From: an uncultured Verrucomicrobiae bacterium
Lineage (GTDB): Bacteria > Verrucomicrobiota > Verrucomicrobiia > Palsa-1439
Reading direction: 5' to 3'
Assembly (NCBI GenBank): GCA_963812605.1
Contig: CAWEWF010000014.1
Location: 128,001-192,000, forward strand
Length of the DNA stretch: 64,000 nucleotides
The notes beneath the pieces are model-generated. The model was not told where the DNA came from. It searched no databases and saw nothing but the letters and a program-made list of their open reading frames with translations. Of this stretch, positions 10,532 to 22,198 are shown in pieces (the stretch's first letter is position 1; each line of letters opens with the position of its first letter). The position numbers and the translations under genes were made by a program.

Positions 10532-10560
10532 AGTTTAGCGAGGCCGGGGAGGGGTGTAAA
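10532..10560 (-). promoter_or_regulatory. Sigma70-type promoter for rpsO-pnp
   Basis: TTTACA-17 nt-TAAACT on the minus strand, 33 nt upstream of the start. Confidence 0.6.
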
Positions 10561-10592
10561 GCCCGTTTTTTGGTTAATGTACCAAGCCCGTT

Positions 10593-13500
10593 TTACTCGC
10601 GATTGGACATTGCATCGATGCTGACGGTGGCATCGATTAACTGGGCAATGGCCTGGATGCCTCGCGCTTGTGAGATTGCCTCGCTCGCGGAGGGCGCATA
10701 TCCCGATTGCCCGAAGTGTCGATAGGCATACTGATAACGTAGGTAACGCATGTGCGAGGGAGACTTTGCCTGTTCCTTCTCGCGTTGTTCCAGAATGGCG
10801 GTGGCGGCTTTCAATGGATAGGTGGAATCGGGGTGGGGGGCTTGCAGCTTGGCGGCGGTGTCCAACGTCTCGGCCAGGGCGCGGAGGTCGGCGACATCCG
10901 ACAGGTCGGGCTGCTCGTGATGAAATTGCGGGTCGAGGCGTACGAGATTCAAGATCGCCGCATCACAATCGGTGTGCGTGAGATAAACGTGAGTGCGGAG
11001 GCCTTCGATGCGTTTCCAGGCGTTGATGTAATCCGGGTCGAGGGCGACCGCCTTGCGATAAGAAGCGAGCGCTTCCTGATAGCGACCCTGTTCTTCGCGC
11101 AAATAGCCCAACAAGTAATGCACCTGGGGTTTGGTGGGTTGTCTGGCCACCAGGCCGGTGAAGACCTTTTCGGCGATACCCTGGGCGCGTTGGCCCTCGA
11201 AGATGTGCTCGCAGCCGAAACAGTGACTTTCCATGCGCCCAAAACTGGTGGGCATCAGTTCATAGGCGCGTCGGTAATGCTCCTCGGCGGCATGATTCTG
11301 CGCCAGTTCCGCCAACCGCAACGCGGTGCGCGACTGCACGCAATACGCGTCGGCGAAGTGGGTGAGGGCATCCTCGTACATCGCCACCGCGCGCTTGAGC
11401 AGGCCCGCCTCGTAATAGTCATCGGCTTGTTCGGAAAGACGGATTGTTTTGACGGCCTCCCGGTAGGTGGTGGCCTGGGCGAGGTCGCCCCGAGCCTCGA
11501 GAATGTCACCCAGGACGGAGTAGACCCGCATGCGGTCGCCGTGAGGCTCTTCGCCGTCGGATGGATCGATGGCGATGGCCTGGCGAGCGATCCGCTCGGC
11601 TTCATCGAGTTTGCCGGCGCGTCGCAGCAGTTCCGCCTTCCAGATCAACGGGCGTTCTTCAAATTGGTCACGGCGAAAGAGTTCGTCGAGCCGCGGGAAA
11701 AGGTTGTCATCGCCGAGTGAAATGAGCAACTGATAGGCTGGGCCGTAGCCACCGACCTGTCGAGGTATGCGTTAAGAATCGCGCGGGCTTCGGCCTTGTG
11801 GTCGGTGGCCGCCAGCGCCGAGGCTGCGACCACGGCCAATGGTTCTTCGCGCCCGCAACTTCCCCTCGAGCAATCCCGCCAGATCTTTCCGTCCCCACCA
11901 GGGCGCGTCATTCAGCAAAACCACCACGTCCGTGTGGCGTCCCGCTTTGTGATAAACACCCGCCAATTCAGAGAGGATTCGGCTCGATTCGGGGGGTGAA
12001 GTCATCGGGCGACATCTCGTTCTGCGCGGCCAACTGTGCTTCATCACGCTTGATGGCATCGCGCAACGCGGCGAGCAATACGGACTCGGCCTCGGGACCA
12101 CGGCCAAGATCCAGCAGGGTGGACGCGAGATGTTCGGCATCGTAAACGCCGGAGTCGTTACCAGTGCTTGCGGCTGTACGCTGACGCATTGCCCGCAAGC
12201 CTTCTTCCACCCAGTCATCGTGCTTGAGCAGGCGACCGAGTTCGATGAGTTTTGTGGCGGCATCGCCCGTCGTGCTGCGTGTCAATTCCATGAACTCCTT
12301 GGATAAAAACCCTCAGGAATGTCGCCGCCACTCTGTATCATCTGGGTCATGGCGGCCAGTTCGGCGTCCTTTGATTGGGGTGGAGCCGTCAAGAACCTTG
12401 CGGAGTTCGGCCACGCCTTCGTCGAGACGGTCGGCGGCCAACAGGGCATTGGCGAGATGTTTGCGGATGGTGAGCCGTTGCGCCGGGGTCAGGTTGGGGC
12501 GGTCGGCGGCCGCGCGAGTAGGGGCAGACATCTCTCCGTTTCGCCGACCCGAGCGGCGAGTTCGATGTAGTTGTCCCAAAACGGCAACTACGGTCGGTCG
12601 GTCAGCGCTTCATGGAGAAAATCGTAGAGTTGACGCGTATGGCCCGCCCGAGTCGAGGGCGTCGAGCGCTTCCGTTTGGAAGATTGGCTTCCAACTGGTC
12701 GGGAGTTGCGGCTGTCAGATCGAATTTTTTCAGCAGGTCCGCAGCGTCCTTGGATCTACCCGCGGCGATGAGCCCGAGCAGATAGTACATCTGCGCGTTG
12801 CGCCGGTTAAAATTACGGGCGTTCTGAAACATGGCACGGTGGGAGAGGCTGGCGAAGACGAGAAGCGATGTCGGATGCCCCGGCGTTTGTCGATACGGTT
12901 GATTCCTGCGGCGTTTCAAATTTCTTTTCAAGGGCCTCGTATAAGGGCACTGCGTCCAGCGTGCAGACAAGTTGCCATTGGGCGACCTTGAGTTGATCGG
13001 CCATTTCGAGCGCCAATCGTTGCGCGAGCGCGCGGGTGTCATCGCCCACAGCGACCGTCAATTGGACCGGCGCTGCCAGCGCGCTCCGCAACAATTTCTC
13101 CGCGCGTTCCTGGCCGACGAGCGTAACGAGGTCCGGAACATTCACGGTGGGCGTGTAAGTCTCCGTTTCGTCGGCCGAATTGCCCGACTGCAGCGCGGAG
13201 GCGGAAGCCATCCGACTCATCTGGTCAACCTGTTTTTCGAACCCCTTGACGAGACGGTCCGGGTCATCGGAAGCGCTGTCGAATGTCTCGGCAAAAGTTG
13301 GAATTTGGTAACTTAGTTGCGCCAGGGAAGTATCCTTGCCTTCCGTGACAACGGATTCGAAGGCGGTGAGATCATCGCGCTGCGCCTTCCGGTCATTTGT
13401 TAGTACGTGGACGAGGAGGCGCAGGCACAACTCGCGAATGGCCGCGGCGCCCTTGCGTTGGGGGCGAGATCCGACCGCGGCGGCCAGCGCGTCCCAGGCG

Positions 13501-13840
13501 CTCGGCGGCGGCAGGGTGGCAACGACGGCCTGAAACTGGAGCGGCTGCATCATGGCTTCGCTATCGGTGGGGTCAGCCGGTTTCTAGACCAGAGCGAAAT
13601 AGCGGTCGACCAAGGTGAGCCAGTGATCCGCGGCGTCCTTGGGCGCGATGTTCGTAGATGACGCGCGGGATGACTTGAGATCGGCAAGCAGCTTATCGCG
13701 TTCGTTGGCGGGCGAGTTGGTGGGCGTCGCGGCGCTCGTGGCGGAAGCTTGTTCGAGAATGGCGGCGGCGCCCTGGAAACCGCTGCCCTGGCCGGCAAAG
13801 CAAGAATCGTGATGATGAAGCCAATGCGAATCCGCGACAT
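10593..13840 (-). CDS. Large secreted TPR protein with an internal SHCFGC (CxxC) motif; multiple frameshifts
   Basis: Signal-like MSRIRIGFIITILALP; fragments 12813-13553, 12313-12579, 11968-12291, 11772-12263 and 10593-11729 line up on one strand; TPR units such as YLLGYLREEQGRYQEALASYRKAVALDPDY. Confidence 0.65.
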
Positions 13841-14012
13841 GCGCCACCTCCTGGGGATGTTCAGAATGAAACTGGCAGGCTTCTTGGAAGCCCCAATACC
13901 AGATGTGAGAATTGCCTGTGTTGGCAGAGAAGGTATCGTGCGTGATTTTTATCACACATCCAAGTGTCACCAAAAGAAGAAAAACGCGGCGACTCACGAT
14001 AATTGCTGGTCG

Positions 14013-14986
14013 TTACGGCCGCGGTTCTGGCAGGATTTGAGGAAGCTGTGAACTGGGGACTGGTTGGGTGATGGCTTTGCGAATGGGGGCCAGCGGCGCA
14101 GTGTCATCGAACACGATCCGCCCTCCGCCGTTTTGACGCCAAGGTCCTTCCAGAGTTTATCGAGATCCGTTGACTGCGGTGTGGCGCTCATTTTGTCGTA
14201 GAGTTCACGGAGAACTGGAACACCCGTGGCGCGGTCGCCGATTTCAAGGGCGCGAAGAGGTCCCAGTCGGCTTCGATGGTTCCACCATGTTTTAGAATCG
14301 CGCGCAAAGCGTCTTCCAAACCCAGCTTATTGCCGGCCCGTCTGCGGATCTCGATGTCGGCGAGCAAACAAAACCGTGCGCCTCCCCAATAGGTATTGGC
14401 CCAGGTATGGGTGAAAAATCGAGCCCTCGATCCCGCGGTTGTGGCAAGCCTTGCGGCATGCCGCGCACCATATCTCCCCAAACGTTTTCGGGCGAAAAGT
14501 TCGCCATCGCGCGCCCGGCCATAGGCTCCACGTAGGTCGCGAGGCCTTCTTCAATCCAGTGATGCTTCCGGTCACGCTGGGAAATGCCAAATGCACCATC
14601 TCGTGGGTCATGAGCCACGAACGCGCAAGATCGCTGGCCGTGCTGGATCGTCCGACTGAAACAGTGATCAGCGCACCATCCGAGCCGGAGGCCTGACCGG
14701 GCTCCGCGCCGTGTCCGTCGTCCAAGCTCACGCGGGATGTCCAGGTGCACCACGGGGAACTGTCCATAAACGTCGTCACCGCCCGCGCCGCCGCGCTTAT
14801 CCAGTTAAGAACGATGGGCCGTAGCGGCTCCGGGGCAGTGGAAGTGAATACGAGATCAATCTTTGAATTGCCCACGACGAACTGCGCGTTGGTTTGCGCG
14901 GCGTTGGCTGCCGGAAGTCCGAGACAGATTGCGAAGACCAGTAATCTGGCGAAGTCAGCAAAAGGAGATCGCAATGGTTTCCTCAC
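14013..14986 (-). CDS. Secreted gluzincin-type Zn metallopeptidase-like protein (M1/M61-like); frameshifted
   Basis: Signal peptide; WLMTHEMVHLAFP (HExxH) followed by HHWIEEGLATYVEP; THTWANTYWGGA. Confidence 0.75.
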
Positions 14987-15119
14987 GGCTGGTCAGTACA
15001 ATGTTCTGTGTGCAGCCAACTTGCACACGGTCCCGGGCCTGTAAACCCAACACGATGTTTCGCAAACCGTCAAATCCCTTTGTTCATGCAAAGCCCGGTC
15101 TACTTCCGTAGAACAGGAG

Positions 15120-15144
15120 CACGCCGACAGAGCGGCGTGGCTAC
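15120..15144 (-). repeat. GTAG-type REP-like palindrome
   Basis: Minus strand GTAGC-CACGCCG-CTCTGT-CGGCGTG: GTAG tetranucleotide followed by a 7-bp stem. Confidence 0.55.
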
Positions 15145-15187
15145 AGGACGATGGCGGGAGAGGGAGTGCGGCTTGTACACGCTTCAT

Positions 15188-15216
15188 TTGACAATCACGG
15201 ATGCGGACGGTAGCAT
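15188..15216 (+). promoter_or_regulatory. Sigma70 promoter upstream of tRNA-Ala
   Basis: TTGACA-17 nt-TAGCAT. Confidence 0.7.
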
Positions 15217-15244
15217 CGCTGCGCAGAGTTGCCAAGAAATGGTT

Positions 15245-15320
15245 GGGGACGTAGCTCAGTTGGTAGAGCGCCGCAATGGCATTGCGGAGGCCACGGGTTC
15301 AACTCCCGTCGTCTCCACCA
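15245..15320 (+). tRNA. tRNA-Ala (anticodon GGC)
   Basis: GGGGACG/CGTCTCC acceptor stem with G3:U70; D arm AGCTCAGTTGGTAGAGC; anticodon stem CCGCA/TGCGG with loop ATGGCAT; GGTTCAAC T loop; encoded CCA. Confidence 0.97.
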
Positions 15321-15431
15321 ACCCGCTTTTTGGCCGTTTTGGGCAGGTTTCCAAAAGCCTTGCATTTTCCCCCAATTCCATTACATTGACGCGCCTCCTG
15401 AGGCGTAAGTGCTCTCCTCGGACGTAAAGAC

Positions 15432-17264
15432 ATGAACAGCAACATTCGAAATATCGGCATTATTGCGCACGTTGACCACGGCAAGACAACGTTGGTGGAC
15501 AAGCTGTTGCGTGAGGGCGGGGTCTATCGCGCTAACCAGGCCATGGAAGAGCGCGCGATGGATTCGATGGACCTTGAAAAGGAAAAGGGCATCACCATCA
15601 AGGCCAAGAACGCCTCGGTCCACTGGGGTGGGCATACCATCAATATCGTGGACACACCCGGGCATGCGGATTTCGGTGGGGAAGTGGAACGCATCCTCGG
15701 CATGGTGGACGGCGTGTTGCTGCTGGTGGATGCGTTCGATGGTCCGCAGGCGCAGACGCGGTTCGTATTGAAGAAAGCGCTGAGCCACGGCCTGAAGGTC
15801 ATCGTGGTCATCAATAAGATCGACCGCGAACACGCCGACCCGCACAAGATGCACGACAAGGTGCTGGAGCTTTTGCTGGAGTTGAATGCCACCGAAGAGC
15901 AATTCAACGCGCCGTTCATTTATGCCAGCGCCCGCAACGGGTACGCCGTGAAGAAAATCGGGGACCCGATCACCAACGGCATGACGCCGTTGTTCGAAAC
16001 CATTTTACAGCACATCCCGGCGCCGGCAGCCGACGTCAAGGCGCCGTTCCAAATGCTCATTAGCAATCTCGATTGGAGCGATTATGTGGGCCGTATTGCC
16101 ATCGGCAAGATCACCGGCGGTACCGTCAAGATCGGCGACTCCATCGTGTGCATTCACAAGGACGGCAAGCGCGAACGCGCCGCCGTGACGAAGGTCTGGG
16201 AATTCAGCGGCCTGAAGTCCGGCGAAATCGTCAACGGCGAGGCGGGGAACATCGTTGGCATCTCGGGATTCGAGGAACTGGCCATCGGTGAGACTCTCTG
16301 CGACAGCGAGGAACGTGAGCCGGTGCCGTGGACCGAACTCGATCCGCCCACGATCCAGATGCAGTTTGCCGTAAATGATGGCCCGCTGGCGGGCAAGGAC
16401 GGCAAATTCGTCACCGCGCGTCATATTCGCGAGCGTCTCTACAAAGAGATTCGCACGAACATTTCCCTGATTGTCCAGGACACCGAGGCGGCCTACATTT
16501 TCCTCGTCAGCGCCCGTGGCGAAATGCAGATTGCGGTATTAGTCGAGCAAATGCGCCGCGAAGGATACGAAGTCCTCGTCTCGCGTCCCGAAGTGATCCT
16601 GAAGAAGGATCCCTCAGGCCGAACATTGGAGCCGTTTGAGACGTTGTGGGCGGAGGTGCCCAATGAATGTCTCGGCGACGTGATGCAAAACCTGGCCGGC
16701 CGCAAGGCCCAGATCACCAACATGCAACACCATGCGCACGGGGTCAGCCTGGAATGCACGATCCCGACGCGCGGTCTCATTGGCTTGGAGACGGACCTTG
16801 TGAACCTCACCAGTGGGCGCGGTGTGATCAGTCACATGTTCAAGAGTTACGAACCTTTCAGCGGTGAAATCACGACGCGACTCACCGGGACGTTGGTTTC
16901 CATGGAAACCGGCATCGCCACCGCTTGGGCGCTAAATAATATTCAGGAACGCGGCCGTCTTTTTGTCGGTCCGCAGGAAGAAGTCTACGCCGGGATGATT
17001 ATTGGCGAAAATCCCCGCGCGGAGGATATGCCCGTCAACCCAACCAAGACCAAGCACTTGACGAATATGCGCAGCCAGGGTGACGGCAAGGGGATTCAAT
17101 TGGAACCTCCGCTGAAGATGAGCCTCGAACGCGCCCTGGAATATATCGCCGCGGACGAATACGTCGAAGCTACGCCGAAAAATCTTCGTCTCCGCAAGAA
17201 AATCCTGAACGCTGTGCAGCGCAAGCGCGCCGCGCAATCCCAGTCCGCCGAAGTTGTTGCGTAA
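15432..17264 (+). CDS. typA: Translational GTPase TypA/BipA
   Basis: AHVDHGKTT, DTPGHADFGGEVER, NKID, C-terminal LERALEYIAADEYVEATPKNLRLRK. Confidence 0.98.
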   Translation: MNSNIRNIGIIAHVDHGKTTLVDKLLREGGVYRANQAMEERAMDSMDLEKEKGITIKAKNASVHWGGHTINIVDTPGHADFGGEVERILGMVDGVLLLVDAFDGPQAQTRFVLKKALSHGLKVIVVINKIDREHADPHKMHDKVLELLLELNATEEQFNAPFIYASARNGYAVKKIGDPITNGMTPLFETILQHIPAPAADVKAPFQMLISNLDWSDYVGRIAIGKITGGTVKIGDSIVCIHKDGKRERAAVTKVWEFSGLKSGEIVNGEAGNIVGISGFEELAIGETLCDSEEREPVPWTELDPPTIQMQFAVNDGPLAGKDGKFVTARHIRERLYKEIRTNISLIVQDTEAAYIFLVSARGEMQIAVLVEQMRREGYEVLVSRPEVILKKDPSGRTLEPFETLWAEVPNECLGDVMQNLAGRKAQITNMQHHAHGVSLECTIPTRGLIGLETDLVNLTSGRGVISHMFKSYEPFSGEITTRLTGTLVSMETGIATAWALNNIQERGRLFVGPQEEVYAGMIIGENPRAEDMPVNPTKTKHLTNMRSQGDGKGIQLEPPLKMSLERALEYIAADEYVEATPKNLRLRKKILNAVQRKRAAQSQSAEVVA

Positions 17265-19229
17265 GCCGTCTGTTGGCGGTTTACTTTCGCGATATGGGCG
17301 GCCTGCCTGATAAAGATTCAGGCGCTCTTGAAGGCGCGCGGCGAGTTCACTTTCGTTGCTCCCATCCGCCAGCACGATCGCCTTCTGAGCAGTTTGGATT
17401 GCCTGACTGAACTGCGCCTCGGCGTAGGCGGCGGCGAGTGTGTCCAGCGCATCGACTCGCTTATTGCCAGTAAGATGCAAAGCCGCTCGGCCAGTTGTAC
17501 GGCCTCGCCGGGATTGCGGAAGTTCGCATCCTTATTCGTCGCCAAAATCCAGGCCAGCCCTTTCAGGGGCAACGGCCAGTTGGGTCTTAGCCGGACCGCC
17601 TCCCGATATTCCGCGATGGCGTCGGCTGTCTTTCCCTGACTGGCCAGAAAGCTCCCAGGTTGTAATGCGCCTCCGCATGGTCGGGATTGAATTGTCGCGC
17701 CAGTGCGAACTCGCGGATCGCATCCGACATTTTTCCCTGGCTCGCCAGGGCAACACCAAGGTTGTAGTGGGCCTCGGCAGAATCGGGCTTGATCCGCAGC
17801 GCGGCTTGATATTCCGCAGTCGCCTCGACAAATCTGCCCTGCGCGGCCAGTGCGCTGGCGAGGTTGCTGGTGCCGTTGCCGAATCAGGGTTGATTCGCAA
17901 CGCCGCTAGAAATTCGCTGGCCGCTTCGCCAAGATGGCCATGCTCCGCCAGGGCTTTCCCGAGGTTTTCGTGCGCGACAACATTGTCTTTCGTGACGCGC
18001 AGCGCGTGACGGAAAAGTGTCTCGCTGTTTTGCCAGTACTGGATCTGTTGCGCGGTCAACAGCGCGCAACTCAGGAGCAACGCAACCGCAACAGCCGTCG
18101 CCGGAATTCTTATCGCGGATCGCTTTGCCAGATCGCCGGGCAGACACCAGGCCAGCATCATGAACAATCCAACCGAGGGGATATACATGTAGCGATCCGC
18201 CATCGAAAAGGTCCCCACCTGCACCAAGCCGATCACCGGCACCAAAGTTCCCAGATACCATAGCCAGCCGTGGCAGATACGGTAGACGTTTACCCTTCGA
18301 GATGGCCAGCGACGACACGGCGACCAGAACCGCCGCCGCAGCGCACACCGCAGCGGGCGACCAAGTCTGATAGGGGTAGAAACAGCTAGATTCACCGGCA
18401 GAGAATATTCCCCAAGTACCGCACGTAGGACACCAGCGCATTTGCGATGCGGGCGGTGATAGGGAGTTTGTCAATAGTATGATCGAGCCACCGCGCTGCT
18501 CAGCCCAATAGGTTATGACGCTTGCGACGATCATCAAGGCGAAGAGCGGTAGTTTTTCCAGCAGCAAATAGCCGGGAGAGCGTTTTGTCTTTGCCTCGAC
18601 CACTGATGATGCCCAGCGGTCCGGCCAGGGGCCAGTAATCCAGCAGCAGTAAAACAAATGGCAAGGTCACCAGCATTGGCTGGCCATCAGTCCGAGGGCG
18701 TACAGTACCAGCGTCAGCGCGTAGCGAATGCGATTAGGGTCTCGACATAGCGGACATACGCCAGCATCGTCAGCATCCAAAAGAAAGTGCTCAGGAACGT
18801 CCTTGCGCTCCGCCACCCAGGCCACGGATTCCACGTGAAGCGGGTGCAGAGCGAACAGCGCCGCCACCAATGCACTTCGCCATGACGCGGCGGTTATACG
18901 ATTGAGGGCAATGAAAAGCAGGAGTGTATTGGCGATATGGAAGAGGAGATTGACCAGGTGATGCGCGCCCGCATTCAATCCTGAGAACGGCAATCGGTCA
19001 GCAAGACAGCCAGGTCACCGGATCCAGATGCTGAAGTGTGTTGTGGTGAACGCCCAGACAATCCCGGGCGGCGTGAGTCCGCCCTGTACGTGTGGGTTCC
19101 CCGTGACATAGGTGTCATCATCGTAGTTTGAAACTCGAAGTGGCGGACCGGCCAATAAACAGCGGTCGTGACGGCTGTCAGGCACAGGCAGATCAGAAGA
19201 CTGCGACGCCACGAGGATGTATCAGTCAT
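17265..19229 (-). CDS. TMTC-like multi-pass membrane (GT-C fold) protein with C-terminal TPRs; many frameshifts, 3' end approximate
   Basis: NYDDDTYVTGNPHV, HPLHVESVAWVAERKDV, LLDYWP region, MADRYMYIP, YWQNSETLFRHAL, then TPRs and LDTLAAAYAEA. Confidence 0.75.
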
Positions 19230-19420
19230 GGCGGCAAAATGATACTCAGATGATACGGTTCATCATTGGAAGGCGGCATTGGTGGTAAGTGTAGTTCGCG
19301 AGGGATGGCAATCAAAGAGGAAATCACTCAGGTTATGGGCCTATTATCTTGACCTCATTGGAGCGTAATGTTCTACTGGTATTTGGAGAAGCAGGGCCGG
19401 TAATTTTGGGATGAGGCGAT

Positions 19421-22143
19421 ATGAAGTCGAGGTTTGCTACCGCAATTATTGTCGCCACGCACATTGCCCTTGTTGCTTACGCCGCCCGCGCCGACGACAA
19501 CAGTTGGACGGCTGCCAGCGGTGAATGGGAAGCCGGGAGCAACTGGTCGCTGGGCGTCCCGCCGACCAACACACAATCAACCATTCTCATCACGAACGAT
19601 ACGACCAAGACCGTCACGATTGACGCCACGACTTCAGGAAGTTTTCCGGATACCCTGACGATCAACGATCTGACAGTCTCGGCACCCGTGAAATCGACGA
19701 ACACTCTCTTTCTTTCCAACGCCGGCATCGGCACACCGTTGCAAATCCAGGATCAATTGACGATTGGGGATGGAGGATTCCTGTTGATCACGGTTCCGCA
19801 ATAAACGCCGTCAACGGGTTCAGCATCAATGGCGAGGTTACTTTGCTCGACGGATCGGTAACCGTGGCGAATAATTTCGCAGCGGGAACATTCATCGACG
19901 GCGACAATTCAGAGATGACCGTATCCAATGGCACATTTTTCACACAATACATGCAGGTGGGTACATCGCACGGGCCGAAGAGAATCCTGAGGATTGCCGG
20001 GCCGGCACAACTGAATTGGTCTACGATTTGGCTATTGGCATTTTCGGTGACGGATCGGGGTGCGTGACTGGCGGGCAGCTATTGGATCGGCGCAGAGATA
20101 GGAATCGGACTTTACTCTGGTGGCGTCGGTCAAATGACGGTTTCCAATGGGACCGTCCTAGCTGGATACATCTACGCCGGGGCCGGCACGACGGAGGGGA
20201 AGGCACACTGACAATCAGTGGCGGCACGGTTACGATCAATAATGATCTCGGAATCGGGCCGTATCCAGGTACGACAGGGGCGGCGTGGATCAGCGGTGGT
20301 CAGTCCGTATGTGACAAATGGCACCATTTCTATTGGAGACGGTGGTGACGCCAGCCTGACGGTGTCCAACGGGAGCGTGTTGGCGCAGAATATACGCCTT
20401 GGCTCGAATCCCAATGCACAAAGCTCACTGACGTTTGCCGGGGGCGTCGGGATCATTTCGTCCGGTATCGTTATCGGCGACTGCAACGCTGGCGGATCAG
20501 GCGTGCTGACCATGAACGGCGGCGATGTATTTGTTATCAATACCACACACAATGCCACGGTCGACTTCTGCCATGGACAGCCGATTGTGGACGGCGGTTT
20601 CCTGTGGATTGATAGGCTCGTTATGACGAATTCTGTGGCCTGTTTGTTCGCAACGGCGGTACGCTCGTTGTCGGGGACCTGGTCCTCGATCCAAATCTGG
20701 ATGCTGATGGCGATGGACTGCCGAATGGGTGGGAACAGAGCCACGGATTCGACCCCTTGAATGCGGCTGACGGTGTCGTCGGGCCGGTGAATAATTGGAC
20801 GGGCGGTTCTGACAAATGGGAAACAAGCGGCGATTGGTCGCTGGGTGTGCTTCCGTTTCTCACGCAGGCCGGGATCCAGGTTGCCAACGCGTGCTAAAGA
20901 CTGTAACCCTCGATGCGTTCACCTCCAGCAATTTCCCCGATTCAATGTTCATCCGTTCGTTGTCCTTGTCTGCGCCATCAAGGTCGACCAACGCCCTGAT
21001 CCTGAACGACGCGGGCACCAACGTTCCCTTACATCTTCTGGGCGGGCTCGACATTGAGAGGCTGGGGGTTGCTTGACGATCACAAATTCGGCGACGCTGG
21101 TGGGTGGTTCCTTCGATATCGGCGGCAAGGTGAGTATTCTTGGAGGAACACTGACGGCCACGGGTCCCACCACGTTACTCGGCACCTTTACCGCGGGCGA
21201 ACTGACAGTTTCTAATGGAACAGTACTGGCCGGGCTTACGTTTATCGGCATCGGTTCTGGTTATTCAGCCGACAACCAGCTTACCGTTGCCGGTGGCACA
21301 GTCTGCTTGGTGTCGGATCTTAACCTCGATTCGCGAGCTTCGGTGTGGGCCACCGGCTGGCCAGTTGGTCGTCACGAATGGCATGACCGACCTTCAAACC
21401 GGCTCGCAGATGTCGGTATCCAACGGGACAGCGGTGGCCCGGAATTAATTATCCAACAAGGCACTCTTTCCCTGCTGGGCGGCACGGAAATTGTCTCTTC
21501 CAACCTGTTGGTCGGCGACTGCGGATCGTACTTCGGTGACCCCTTCAACTTCCCTGGCAGCATGACTGTCGATGGAGGCGCCCTGTTTGTGACCAACGCA
21601 AGTGGTACCGCGGTGCTCGAGGTCCGTAGTGGGACGTTCACACTTAACTCCGGGACGGTCACGGTGGACCAGTCCGTCATGACCAGCGGCTGTGGATTAT
21701 TCGTTCGCAATGGCGGTACCTTGATCGTTGGCACGCTGTGCTCGATCCGAATCTGAGTGCGGTGGGTGACGGCATCTCGAACGGATGGAAACAGCAGAAC
21801 GGCCTCGATCCGCTTGCGCCGAATGTCGCCAATGAGGATTCCGATGGCGATGGCATGTCCAATTTGCAGGAGTATCTGGCCGGGACCGATCCGACCAATG
21901 CCGCGTCATTCTTTGGCATCAGCGCCATCGCACGAGAAGGCAATGACGTGCGGATAACGTGGACAATGGGGAGCGGTAAGACCAATTCATTGCAGGTCGC
22001 GACCGGGGCCGGGCACCCGCCTCACGTACAATTTCACGGACTTGTTTATTGCGACCGATACCGTTGGCTCGGTGACCAACTACCTCGATGTCGGCGCCGC
22101 ATCGCAGACCCAGCGCTTCTATCGCGTTTGGCTTGTTCCGTAA
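19421..22143 (+). CDS. Large secreted Gly/Thr/Ser/Asn-rich beta-repeat (passenger-like) protein with DxDGDG Ca-binding motifs and an RFYRV C-terminal domain; many frameshifts
   Basis: Signal MKSRFATAIIVATHIALVAYAARA; repeated LTVSNGTV / LTISGGTV; DADGDGLPNGWE; DSDGDGMSNLQEYLAGTDP; ends QRFYRVWLVP*. Confidence 0.7.
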
Positions 22144-22198
22144 GCCTCTTCGTGACGCGCCAGCCTCCGGGCTTGCTTTTTTCCCGCGCATAAGAAGA

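Noticed and set aside
15245-15320. tRNA-Ala as an integration site for the adjacent accessory genes
   Set aside because: I found no duplicated tRNA 3' end and no integrase in the window, and typA follows directly.
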